Origin: a virus
Strand: one strand, 5' to 3'
Length of the DNA stretch: 64,000 nt
IMG/VR virus record: IMGVR_UViG_3300026430_000265
Span: 2,771-66,770 of that record
Shown: piece by piece, positions 42,083 to 50,756 of the stretch
Layout: each line of letters begins with the position of its first letter
Position numbering within the stretch: the stretch's first letter is position 1
The notes under the pieces: model-generated
Seen by the model: the letters and a program-made list of their open reading frames with translations, nothing else
Told to the model about the DNA's origin: nothing
Databases searched by the model: none
Program-made: the position numbers and the translations under genes

Positions 42083-42524
42083 GTTGACTAGGGATAGTCT
42101 CCCCAGTTTGTTCATTGAATCGAACAATCCGGGACCTATCATACTGGAACGCTCCTATCGAATGCTTTGGTCCCATGCTGAGAATATTGCGCACAGTGTC
42201 CTTGTCAATCAAGTCCACATCGACACGAGGCTTCTCACCTTCTCGCTGGCTGTTGGTAATCAACAACGTCTTGCCAGATGCGAGCAGTGCATCCAAGATG
42301 CGCGTGGAGAATGACTTCAATGACTTCTTTGCACCCTCGCGAAGGCGGGTATGGTTGTCAAACATTTCGGCCACCTCAGGACTCACGTTGAACGAGTCCT
42401 TGAGGAAGTCTTCCGATATGTCAAGCGCAACCATCGTCATGGTCAAACGGATATTCTCGTCCGTCACTGCGATGTTGTTGCGTTGGAGCATTGCCTCAGC
42501 TTCTTCCTGCGTGATCTTTGCCAT
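42054..42524 (-). CDS. Hypothetical protein
   Basis: 156 aa; AGGAG RBS. Confidence 0.7.
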   Translation of the reverse strand: MAKITQEEAEAMLQRNNIAVTDENIRLTMTMVALDISEDFLKDSFNVSPEVAEMFDNHTRLREGAKKSLKSFSTRILDALLASGKTLLITNSQREGEKPRVDVDLIDKDTVRNILSMGPKHSIGAFQYDRSRIVRFNEQTGETIPSQHEGGPSTKH

Positions 42525-42532
42525 GTAGACTC

Positions 42533-42871
42533 CTAGTAGTCAATGTCACCCAAGCGCACGCTAGAGAACTTCGGATAGTACGTGCTCCAGCTACCGCCTT
42601 TGAATTCCGGCTTGTTCACCATGTCAGTGTACATGCGCTGCTTTGGAAGGCGTGGTGGGTTGTAGTTCAGCGCGTTGAAGTTGGCCTGCACAGCAAGGCA
42701 CGCTTCGGTAATCGACGCACCTTCGGCACTTGCCACGTTTACTAAGTCAGGGAAGGTGGCGATGTACACTTGGCGCTCTGCATCGTAGCGCGTCCAGATG
42801 TAGTAGCGTGGGCCATCTGGGATCGACGCCATGCCTTTGCTCACGCGCCCTTTGTAGTAGCGCCTAGGCAT
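42533..42871 (-). CDS. HicB-like antitoxin-fold protein
   Basis: GAGGAG RBS before ATG 42871; Y-I-A-T-FPDL..AEG-x-S-x2-EA..F..L..PP..V..PE..GG-x-W matches HicB-like domains. Confidence 0.6.
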   Translation of the reverse strand: MPRRYYKGRVSKGMASIPDGPRYYIWTRYDAERQVYIATFPDLVNVASAEGASITEACLAVQANFNALNYNPPRLPKQRMYTDMVNKPEFKGGSWSTYYPKFSSVRLGDIDY

Positions 42872-43064
42872 CTGGTGTCTCCTCAAGCGCCTTGTTGATC
42901 GCGTCACGCATTTCGACCAGCGATGCACGTGGCATGACGGTGTCGGCATACTGACCATCAAGGCAGACGTAGAAGCGGAAGCCGCCGTCGAGCTGGCCGA
43001 CAGTGCCGTGACTGCCACGCCCGCCATTGACGCACTCCATGGAAAACTCGTGGGACTTAGCCAT
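42864..43064 (-). CDS. 66-aa protein homologous to the N-terminal module of gene 43057-43650
   Basis: GGAG RBS; SHG..Y-x2-L-x-G..D-x2-MPR-x-SLV-x2-RDAIN-x2-L shared with the neighbour. Confidence 0.75.
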   Translation of the reverse strand: MAKSHEFSMECVNGGRGSHGTVGQLDGGFRFYVCLDGQYADTVMPRASLVEMRDAINKALEETPDA

Positions 43065-43650
43065 TGTCGGTCTCCTTGCGGTCTGGGTACACGCCCGGCA
43101 GCGCACTCATGCTCGGCTTGAGTTTCTGCTTCTCGCGAATGCGTACCAAGACTTCTGGCAGGTTGATGCGCGCCAGTTCAGTCATCATGGCAGCTTGCAG
43201 GTCAACGTCGATTGCGTAGCACAGCGCGGCGAGAGTGACCATGGTGCCGCCGACTTCCTGCGAGACTTCACCCACGTCGCGACCGAACACATAGTCAACG
43301 AGATTGCTGGCTTCCTGTTTGGTGCAACCTGTGGCCTGTACAAGCTCCAAAGCCTCTTCGAGGAAGCGATGGTTACGCTCTTGCCCATCGAAGGCGATCT
43401 TCTTGCCGAAGCAACGAAGTAGCCAGTCACCAACTTCGGCCTGAAACGAGTTTTCACCCAGCTCAGCGTTGATGGCATCGCGCAGCGCCACGAGGCTTTC
43501 ACGTGGCATGGTTTCGTCAGACTGGCGACCGCACAGGCTCAGGTACAGATTGTAACCGTTCACGTCTTCCTGAAAGCTGATGTGCCCGTGCGACTTGACG
43601 TGCTCAGGCTGGTCTGGATGGTACGAACTATCCAGCGTAAACTTGTTCAT
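43057..43650 (-). CDS. MazG-like NTP pyrophosphohydrolase-domain protein with an N-terminal accessory module
   Basis: FQAEVGDW..CFG..ERNHRFLEEALELVQA..VFGR-x2-GE..QEVGG..TLAALC, the EE-x2-E..E-x-G pattern of all-alpha NTP-PPases. Confidence 0.6.
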   Translation of the reverse strand: MNKFTLDSSYHPDQPEHVKSHGHISFQEDVNGYNLYLSLCGRQSDETMPRESLVALRDAINAELGENSFQAEVGDWLLRCFGKKIAFDGQERNHRFLEEALELVQATGCTKQEASNLVDYVFGRDVGEVSQEVGGTMVTLAALCYAIDVDLQAAMMTELARINLPEVLVRIREKQKLKPSMSALPGVYPDRKETDNG

Positions 43651-45176
43651 TAGCGGTTCCTTTTGCGGCTTGCTTTCTGCTGTTTACGCTTTTCTTTGGC
43701 GCCGGGCTTGGATGGACGCGACTTTGGATTGGCAGCTGCCGCCTTCGCTTCGACACGTTGCTGGTGCTGCCACGCAAGCCCTTGCAGCTTGTCTTTGGTG
43801 CTCGGGTCTTCACCTGCAGGAGGTGGTAGCGCTCCAGTATCAATGTTCCAGATACCGGGACCAGCAGGACCTGGCTCACCGGCCCAGCTACGCACACCAC
43901 GAGTCACCGTGCCTGTCTTACCCAACCCTGCAGGGTACGAGTCCAGGAAGAACTTCGGCGGGTTGTTGCTGAATGAATCGAACAGCGCCTCGAACAGCGA
44001 CTCACCACTTTGTGGTTCAGCGTCTTTTGGCGGTGACATACCCTCTGCAAGGATGGCAAGGCGAGCCAGTGTCAAGCGCAGCGCTATGTTGGACTTGCCG
44101 CCCATTGCATTGCGCATGAACGTTTCGGCAATGCTCGGGCGTGGCGAGTGCGGCGTGGAGAAGCTGTAGAACATCCCAGGCTTGATGCCACCAGAGAGCA
44201 TTTCGGTCGCGCTAATCAGATGATCTGGAAGGTTCAGCTTCCCGAGACGCATTTCGTCAACTGGACACTCCGTCACAATGACAGTACGGCTAAACGGGTT
44301 CATGCCAATATCGCTGTCGCCGAACATGGCGCGAATACGCTCACCTTCTGCGATCTGATGCGGGTGTGGCTTAGGCCAAGTAGCAACCGGCGTGGTCCTG
44401 AACTCGAAGCCTTTGTTATTCGGAGGTGTTGGATTCGACGCACGCTCAATCCGCACGTTCTGACCCATCAGCGCTTCTGGCATGACGTTGAGCAAGTCGA
44501 GGAGCGGCGTTGGGCGTCTGACCTCGCGCTCCTGCTTTTTCTGCTTCAACTGCGAGGCGTAGTAATGTGCGATACCCAGTAGCCACGTATCCTGCAGGTA
44601 CGTTTCGTCCATGGCCAGCGCACTCTCGCCGGTCCAACCTTCGTAGTTGACGCACGACTTCTTCAGGCGTACCTCAGCGATTTCTTCAATCTCGCGCTCG
44701 GCTTCCTTGAGCACGTACTGGACGTCGATGGCTGGAGCGCCCTTGCCTTCTTCGTGACTGTTCCAGCGCGTCATGTAGCGCTCTGGTTGATCACGGTCTG
44801 GAATGAAGTAGCTGGCGTCGCTCCAGTCCTGTTCAGCCCACCAGTCAGTAGCCAGATGCGGAAGCAGCGCAACGAACGCTTCCTGCGTATTGTCGTAGTT
44901 CTTGAAGCACATGCCGAAGACCAGCTTGTTACCCTCAAGGTGCGTCTTGATCGGCTCGTCCCAGCTTGGTGCCTGTTTGTTGCCGTTGCTGAATGCCCCA
45001 GGAACGAAGCGATGGCGGTCGGCGAGGCACAGCAGATGGAAAGCGTGCAGGCGTTTGAAGTGCTCAGGTACAGGCAGCATGTGCCAGTAGTCTTCGCGCT
45101 CGACGATCTGCTTAACCACGTCTACAAGTTCGGGCTTGATGGTTGCTTCGCCACGCAGGTAGTTGTAAGTTCCCAC
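43650..45176 (-). CDS. Hypothetical protein with low-complexity basic C-terminus
   Basis: 508 aa; AAGGAG RBS; ends KRKQQKASRKRNR. Confidence 0.75.
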   Translation of the reverse strand: MGTYNYLRGEATIKPELVDVVKQIVEREDYWHMLPVPEHFKRLHAFHLLCLADRHRFVPGAFSNGNKQAPSWDEPIKTHLEGNKLVFGMCFKNYDNTQEAFVALLPHLATDWWAEQDWSDASYFIPDRDQPERYMTRWNSHEEGKGAPAIDVQYVLKEAEREIEEIAEVRLKKSCVNYEGWTGESALAMDETYLQDTWLLGIAHYYASQLKQKKQEREVRRPTPLLDLLNVMPEALMGQNVRIERASNPTPPNNKGFEFRTTPVATWPKPHPHQIAEGERIRAMFGDSDIGMNPFSRTVIVTECPVDEMRLGKLNLPDHLISATEMLSGGIKPGMFYSFSTPHSPRPSIAETFMRNAMGGKSNIALRLTLARLAILAEGMSPPKDAEPQSGESLFEALFDSFSNNPPKFFLDSYPAGLGKTGTVTRGVRSWAGEPGPAGPGIWNIDTGALPPPAGEDPSTKDKLQGLAWQHQQRVEAKAAAANPKSRPSKPGAKEKRKQQKASRKRNR

Positions 45177-45186
45177 TTGTCTCTCC

Positions 45187-46056
45187 TTATTTGAAGCTGT
45201 AGTCCCATTGAAGTGACGGTTCCACTACCGCCGACACGTATGCAAGGGTTTGTTCTTGGGTGAAGATTTCAGCCAGTGCACCGTTGATGCCAGTGACGTT
45301 CGCACCCTCGTAAGGGCTCTCGGTTTCCGCAGTTACTGTCACCTTGGCTTGCTCGACAGCGAATGCGTTGGCTTGCATCACCAGCAGGTACGGTGCGTAC
45401 AGGGTGAGTTCCTTGTACGGTACCAGGGCAATCGTACCAAGACCGTGTGCGCGCAGTTGCACCTTGTGAGTTTCAACGCGACGGTCCGTGCGACGGAAGA
45501 CTTCCCAGCCGCCGAAGAAGTCGAGCACCTTGGGCACGCTGTCAAACTCAAACACCTCGTCACCGAACAGCACTTCGATTTCACCGTTCAGGTCAGCAGG
45601 CGAGTAGCGCAGGAAACGAATCGACGCGATCACTGTCTCCACGCCGATGAAGCGCACGTCCACGCGCGGGATGTTGCTGGCATGGTCACCGAAGCCGTCG
45701 ATGGTCATTTCGACTTCTGCAGGCTCGAAGACGTCCGACTCCCGTAGGTTCTCGACGAACTGGTTGATTTCCTGACGCTGGTGCGATTGCGTCTTGCGGA
45801 CCGCAGCGTTGGCTTGCACCATGCGCTCAAACCAGGAGTCGAAGTTCTGGCGCGATGCCAGTTTGCTTTGCGCACCTACACCTACCACCAGCACTGGAGT
45901 GCCAGTCTTCTGTTTGAAGGTCTTGCCGAGCAGCACCTCAAAGCGGATGTACGAGCCCTTCTTGTACGCGACTTGCTTGTCGCCGAACACGCCTTCCTCA
46001 AACTCTATGTCGGGAAAGCGCTCTTGCAAGTAGGCTAGCTGTTCTTCAAAAGTCAT
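45187..46056 (-). CDS. Hypothetical protein
   Basis: 289 aa; AAGGA RBS. Confidence 0.75.
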   Translation of the reverse strand: MTFEEQLAYLQERFPDIEFEEGVFGDKQVAYKKGSYIRFEVLLGKTFKQKTGTPVLVVGVGAQSKLASRQNFDSWFERMVQANAAVRKTQSHQRQEINQFVENLRESDVFEPAEVEMTIDGFGDHASNIPRVDVRFIGVETVIASIRFLRYSPADLNGEIEVLFGDEVFEFDSVPKVLDFFGGWEVFRRTDRRVETHKVQLRAHGLGTIALVPYKELTLYAPYLLVMQANAFAVEQAKVTVTAETESPYEGANVTGINGALAEIFTQEQTLAYVSAVVEPSLQWDYSFK

Positions 46057-46840
46057 TGGTTCCTTCTCCTACGTACACGGTATGTTCAGTGTCGCTGTTC
46101 AGGAACTTGGCGATCACCGTTTCTTTGCTGTCCACTCGTCCAGCGACAACGACCTTGTGGGCCTTGAAGTTGCGGTACCCTCGGGCCGTCAGGTAGATGA
46201 ACGAGCTGGCGAAGTGCGAGTCTGCAAGGAAGCACACGCGGTTGCCATCGTACTGTGCATCCACTTCACGTGGTGCTGGACGCGATTCGTCCGTGAGCAG
46301 CTTGAGCAGCTCCTCCAGCGTGTGAAACTCAGTGCCGAAGTTGTTGCAGAAGAACGTGGCGCACTCAGCACCTTGACCGCACGTGCGACCCAGATCGGAC
46401 GAAAACAGGCCAACGTCGACACGGAACAGCGCACGCCCATCGAAGGTGAAGTCCAGCACAATGTCGTTGCCTGGATTGCGCTTGTGGTCGATCTTGGCTT
46501 TCACCTTTTCGTACCCTGGGATTGCGCGAACAGCTTCCAGATAGGTACGCAGCATGCCCTCACGTCGAGTGCCTGGGTTGTGATCCGACGGGATACGGAG
46601 CTGTGCTTCGATGATACGCATTGCAGTGAGCGACGCCAGGATGTACGTCGGGATGCGGTGATGCCGCACCATGTTGCCCAGTTGCAACGTCACACCACCA
46701 CGGCCGTGCGCATTCGCCTTGATCGTCACGTTGGAGTCGTTGAAGTAGATGAAGTCCTCGTCAACGCCCAGCTGGACAGAATTCGTGTAGTGCTTGCGCA
46801 GCATTACTAACAACGAGGTGAGTGGGTTTTTCTTGGCCAT
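46046..46840 (-). CDS. Hypothetical protein
   Basis: 264 aa; AAGGA RBS. Confidence 0.75.
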   Translation of the reverse strand: MAKKNPLTSLLVMLRKHYTNSVQLGVDEDFIYFNDSNVTIKANAHGRGGVTLQLGNMVRHHRIPTYILASLTAMRIIEAQLRIPSDHNPGTRREGMLRTYLEAVRAIPGYEKVKAKIDHKRNPGNDIVLDFTFDGRALFRVDVGLFSSDLGRTCGQGAECATFFCNNFGTEFHTLEELLKLLTDESRPAPREVDAQYDGNRVCFLADSHFASSFIYLTARGYRNFKAHKVVVAGRVDSKETVIAKFLNSDTEHTVYVGEGTNDF

Positions 46841-46845
46841 GGTGC

Positions 46846-47271
46846 TTATCCTTCTACCTTGAAGCCGTCTTCGATCATGCGGAGCTTCGCGCCCGGCATC
46901 TTTTGCAATTCTGGGTACCCGACGTGTAGCACTGTCTCTCGGAACGGGATTGCCATCGGGTCACCTTTGATGTGGCGGAGTTTCATAAACTTGTACATGC
47001 CCCAGCGACCGTGCGCCACCAAGCGACCATCACCGACACGTACTGGGCTGAATGCAGCGAGTGGCAGGAAGAAGTGCCGTAAAACCTCTTTGCCATAATC
47101 GAGGTACGACAGGCTCAGATAGCGAGCGTTCGCCTGCGTGATACCCATACGGTGCAGGCTCAGTTCACCAGCAGTCGAGCACACCAGCATCCATGTTGTG
47201 GCGAGCATGTACGCGCGGCAGAACAGAAAGGCCACGATACACCAAATAATCTCAGCTGAGGAAACGTTCAT
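46846..47271 (-). CDS. Hypothetical membrane protein
   Basis: 141 aa; hydrophobic N-terminus IIWCIVAFLFC. Confidence 0.65.
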   Translation of the reverse strand: MNVSSAEIIWCIVAFLFCRAYMLATTWMLVCSTAGELSLHRMGITQANARYLSLSYLDYGKEVLRHFFLPLAAFSPVRVGDGRLVAHGRWGMYKFMKLRHIKGDPMAIPFRETVLHVGYPELQKMPGAKLRMIEDGFKVEG

Positions 47272-47581
47272 GGTATTTCACCTGCGATGACTGGGCGTAT
47301 TCGCTTTGGTTCTGGAGAATGGCAGTATCAATCGGTCGCGATTTCTTGTTGAGTGATTCGCTCTCGCCGTAGCACTCAAGCCCTGCCGAGCCGAAGCGCA
47401 CGAATCCAGCACTGACAACATCTTCCACGTCGATGCGCATACCGTGGCGTTGGCGACCCATACGGTAGACGGTCTCGAAGAAGTTCTTGTGGGTAATGAC
47501 GCACGGGAACAACAGGATCAGTTCGTAATCCTGTTCAAGGTCCCGATTGGTAGCGCTCACCACGATGTACTTCATCTGCAT
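47252..47581 (-). CDS. Hypothetical protein
   Basis: AAGGA RBS before ATG 47581; KYIV..LFP..H..SAGF..CYGES.SL..SR..D resembles a small phage protein family. Confidence 0.7.
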   Translation of the reverse strand: MQMKYIVVSATNRDLEQDYELILLFPCVITHKNFFETVYRMGRQRHGMRIDVEDVVSAGFVRFGSAGLECYGESESLNKKSRPIDTAILQNQSEYAQSSQVKYHERFLS

Positions 47582-47600
47582 GTTCGAGTTCCTTAAGAGG

Positions 47601-47632
47601 AAAGGCCCAATGACAACCGTCACTGAGCCTTT
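47601..47632 (-). terminator. 14-bp hairpin, probable terminator downstream of amrZ
   Basis: Minus strand AAAGGCTCAGTGAC-GGTT-GTCATTGGGCCTTT with two G.U pairs, so it folds only on the minus strand; weak U tract. Confidence 0.55.
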
Positions 47633-47730
47633 TTGTTTGCACGTTTGGCGCGCCGACGCTGTTTACGCTGGCGTCGTTCCTCTAGCCGTATACGCATGTA
47701 CACGGCCAGCATATTGATGCGGTCAATCAC
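47620..47730 (-). CDS. 36-aa arginine-rich peptide (absent from the ORF track)
   Basis: GTG 47730 overlaps the amrZ stop; [36 protein letters not shown]; fills the gap between amrZ and the hairpin exactly. Confidence 0.5.
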   Translation of the reverse strand: MIDRINMLAVYMRIRLEERRQRKQRRRAKRANKKAQ

Positions 47731-48034
47731 GCTCGACTGCACCCTCAGGTGCGATCAGTGCCACGAGCGCGCTCTGCTTGCGTGGGTCCAGAGCACGGAA
47801 GGACTTGAGCAGTTCGCGCTCATGCAGGCTCAGCTCTGGGCTATCCATGCGCAGTTGCGGCTCGTCGCCCAGTGCACCTTCCTGAACGAGACTTTGCTCC
47901 AGGCGTGCGATGATTTCGCTGTTCATGCTGCGGTGATGATTGCGTGCCACTTCGGCGATACGCTCACGCATACCATCAGGAAGGCGAACGACGAATTTGT
48001 CAGCGGTGCGAGACGAATAGACGGAACGGTTCAA
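47723..48034 (-). CDS. amrZ: AmrZ (AlgZ) homolog, Arc-family ribbon-helix-helix transcription regulator
   Basis: TTG start after a GGGGAG RBS; [75 protein letters not shown] closely matches Pseudomonas AmrZ as recalled. Confidence 0.93.
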   Translation of the reverse strand: MNRSVYSSRTADKFVVRLPDGMRERIAEVARNHHRSMNSEIIARLEQSLVQEGALGDEPQLRMDSPELSLHERELLKSFRALDPRKQSALVALIAPEGAVERD

Positions 48035-48038
48035 GGTG

Positions 48039-48719
48039 TTACTCCCCAGTGGTATTGCGGCTACGTTTGATGGATGCGTCAATCTCGGACGCGAAAGACA
48101 AAGCGGTTGCAGTGACCTGTTCAAGGCTCTGCGGCATTTCGTACAGTCTATCGCTTGGCGTGCTGATAAACAACCCCAGCGCCGTGTCGTAGACCTTTGG
48201 TGGTATCACGGCAGTGCGCTCACCTCGAATCACTGAGGACCCCATGCCTCGCCAGATTTCAAAGTGGGACAGCACGAAGTCACTGAACTCGACAGGCGAG
48301 GCCTCAGCGTCTTGCAGTGTCTTCAATGCCTTAAACAACTTGGCACCAGCCTTCGCAGGCTTGTTGGGTTTGCACGCGATACGGGTGACACCCTCGTACT
48401 CGACTTCCTGATACGACTCGACGTTCAACAGGCCGTGGCACACGTCGATTGGCGAATCGTAGATCAGGCCTTCGCAGATCAGACCAGACAGTGGATGCCA
48501 CGCGCTCCAGACGTCGTAGGCCTTGTACTGCTTGGCAAACTCTTTCAGCGTGACCGTCAGCGTCTCTTTGCGCTGTACGACGGCCTCACGGAACTGCTTC
48601 GAGAGCTTAGGCCAGTCTCGACCGCGGTACAGCCAGTAGTGGGTGGGTTGCGTTTGGTCTACGGGTAACGTTGCGATAATGTCTTCCAGCAACGCCAAGT
48701 AGGACGGTGGTACTTTCAT
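48039..48719 (-). CDS. Hypothetical protein
   Basis: 226 aa; GGAG RBS. Confidence 0.7.
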   Translation of the reverse strand: MKVPPSYLALLEDIIATLPVDQTQPTHYWLYRGRDWPKLSKQFREAVVQRKETLTVTLKEFAKQYKAYDVWSAWHPLSGLICEGLIYDSPIDVCHGLLNVESYQEVEYEGVTRIACKPNKPAKAGAKLFKALKTLQDAEASPVEFSDFVLSHFEIWRGMGSSVIRGERTAVIPPKVYDTALGLFISTPSDRLYEMPQSLEQVTATALSFASEIDASIKRSRNTTGE

Positions 48720-48756
48720 GTTCGAGCTCCAGAACTTCCTGTCTATCTACTTCACA

Positions 48757-49149
48757 CTATTCCATTTCTTCGTCGCTACCACGACGTTTCTTGGCTTCGT
48801 CTGTGTTGGGCAGGGTAAACTTGCGCTCACCCTTTTCGCGTCGGCGATATGCTTCGCTGTACACTTGTGGCGAGTACGCGCCCGGTGTGACGTGCTCCAG
48901 CATCACCTCGATAGCTTGCGCACCGTCTAAACCTTGCTCCATCTGACTGAGGTTGAACGACATGGTGCGGATTTCATCCTCGTCCACGTAGTTGTCCAAC
49001 CCTTCGAACCGTTCCTTCACGCGCGTTTCCAGCGATTGTTCAGTCAAGCTCTCCAACGCTTGGCGTGCGAGACTAAGCCCGTACGTGTCAGCGTTGCGGA
49101 GAGCCTTCTTGATAATCGCCATCTGTGCGTCAGACAAGATGACGGCCAT
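48757..49149 (-). CDS. Hypothetical protein
   Basis: 130 aa; GAGGAG RBS. Confidence 0.7.
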   Translation of the reverse strand: MAVILSDAQMAIIKKALRNADTYGLSLARQALESLTEQSLETRVKERFEGLDNYVDEDEIRTMSFNLSQMEQGLDGAQAIEVMLEHVTPGAYSPQVYSEAYRRREKGERKFTLPNTDEAKKRRGSDEEME

Positions 49150-49152
49150 GGG

Positions 49153-49704
49153 TTACTCCTCGTCTTTGACGTGCGGCATGCCAGCCATCTGCATATCGTT
49201 GCAGGCTGGGCAGTGATACATACCGATAGGTTCGCCGCCGAGGAACTCAGGGTGCTCGGTGCAGTCGAAGTCGGCGTTGTTGTACAGGCGAATCCAGAGC
49301 ACGCGCAGCACACCGCCTTCAACATACTCCTCGCCACCTTTCTTGTACTTCGGGTTGTCCGAGTACAGGTAGCGCTGTGCCAGATGCACGTTTGCAGCTT
49401 CGAGCGTTGGCACCCAGGCCTTTGCCCAGTCACCGATGGCTTTCTTGCTGGCTTCGACGTTCTCAGGCGTGCCGAACAACTGGAAGACCATGTCGAACAC
49501 AGGCTTCTCGGCAACGTCGCCCTGCAGCTCCTGAATCACAATGTCGCCAGTCTTGTAACGCAGTGGCTGGATGGCGTTCTTGGAGTTCACCAAGTCAACG
49601 CTCATGTGCTCGGTCTGCGGGAACACCGGAATGTCCAGCTCGCCAAACTTCGCTTCGGTGTACTTGCCTGCGAACACTGCCAGTTTGTCTACTTGCTCAG
49701 TCAT
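49153..49704 (-). CDS. Hypothetical protein with C-terminal Cys/His (Zn-finger-like) motif
   Basis: AGGAG RBS before ATG 49704; DFDCTEHPE..G..YHCPACNDMQMAGMPH. Confidence 0.75.
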   Translation of the reverse strand: MTEQVDKLAVFAGKYTEAKFGELDIPVFPQTEHMSVDLVNSKNAIQPLRYKTGDIVIQELQGDVAEKPVFDMVFQLFGTPENVEASKKAIGDWAKAWVPTLEAANVHLAQRYLYSDNPKYKKGGEEYVEGGVLRVLWIRLYNNADFDCTEHPEFLGGEPIGMYHCPACNDMQMAGMPHVKDEE

Positions 49705-50203
49705 GGTTATCTCCTGCGATATGTGGAACGCCACTGATTTGCATTGCACCGCACACTGGGCACAGGTACGGTCTGGTTTCTTCACCGAGTCGCATTTCGG
49801 GATGCTCGGTACAATCGAAGTCGATGTTGAAGTAGAAGCGGACGATGTAGAACACCGTGGTGGTATATCGGCTGTGCACCTCACGAACGCACAGGTGCTT
49901 GTCGCTGTCGTGCAGGCTTTCGCCCACCGACTTCACGAACGAGCCGATTGCTTCACGCGCTTCCTTGACGTGTGCAGCATCACCCTCGATGCGAAACACA
50001 ATGTCGGTGATCGGGCTAGTCTTGGTCTGCGCGAAGATGCCCAGATGCAGGACGTCGTCCTCGTCAATGCGAATTGGCACCATGTTGCTTTTACCGACAG
50101 ACAGCGCAACGGCAATCTGTGGCAGTGCCGGGAGCATCGCACCCGCGAACAACCCTTCGGGGTGGAGCTGGTCGTTGAACGGGTATACTTTATCTTGGCT
50201 CAT
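49697..50203 (-). CDS. Paralog of 49153-49704 with the same Cys/His motif
   Basis: DFDCTEHPE..YLCPVCGAMQISGVPH. Confidence 0.75.
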   Translation of the reverse strand: MSQDKVYPFNDQLHPEGLFAGAMLPALPQIAVALSVGKSNMVPIRIDEDDVLHLGIFAQTKTSPITDIVFRIEGDAAHVKEAREAIGSFVKSVGESLHDSDKHLCVREVHSRYTTTVFYIVRFYFNIDFDCTEHPEMRLGEETRPYLCPVCGAMQISGVPHIAGDNHD

Positions 50204-50496
50204 TTTAGCCTCACAGGCCTCACCATGACAATGGCGTAGGCATACTGATCGTCGAAGTGGCGATGGATTTCAGTGTCGAATCCCTTCACGGAGTTGGAGA
50301 AGTCGATTGCGGATGCAACGGCCAACTCTTCGTCATCCTTGGAGCGGAAGACAATCATGTAGGTGTTTTCGCTTTCCTCGCGGGCTGCAACTCGCACGCC
50401 AGCAGGGACTACACCCAAGCTCACTTCGCGATCAAACATCAGTACGGCGTCTGGAGCAATCGCGCTGAAACCCAGGGTAGATGCGTTCTGGTTCAT
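50200..50496 (-). CDS. Hypothetical protein
   Basis: GAGGT RBS before ATG 50496; 98 aa. Confidence 0.65.
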   Translation of the reverse strand: MNQNASTLGFSAIAPDAVLMFDREVSLGVVPAGVRVAAREESENTYMIVFRSKDDEELAVASAIDFSNSVKGFDTEIHRHFDDQYAYAIVMVRPVRLK

Positions 50497-50497
50497 G

Positions 50498-50722
50498 TTA
50501 TACCTCAGTAAGTAGAATGTCTGGAAAGTCCATTTCGGTTTTGTACACCTCACCGTTGACCCGAAACACAACGGTGGTCAACTGGGCGTGCAGTTCTTGG
50601 TTGAGGTCGACCAGTATCAGTTGATCCCCTTTCTGCACAACCAGCATCTTGTTATCAGCCAGCGAGTGCAGTACAACGGGGCCATCGGTTAACTCAACAA
50701 CGCGATCAATCAGGTGACGCAT
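50498..50722 (-). CDS. Hypothetical protein
   Basis: 74 aa; GGAGGGG RBS. Confidence 0.7.
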   Translation of the reverse strand: MRHLIDRVVELTDGPVVLHSLADNKMLVVQKGDQLILVDLNQELHAQLTTVVFRVNGEVYKTEMDFPDILLTEV

Positions 50723-50756
50723 TTGCTAACCCCTCCGTGTTCTGCCCGTCACTGGG

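Noticed and set aside
42530-42545. TTGACTACT on the minus strand, resembling the 17-bp element
   Set aside because: It is the coding end (I-D-Y-stop) of the HicB-like gene and lacks the ACTG..CAGT dyad.
47633-48070. 145-aa + strand ORF over amrZ
   Set aside because: It is antisense to the strongly supported amrZ gene and has no RBS or motif support.
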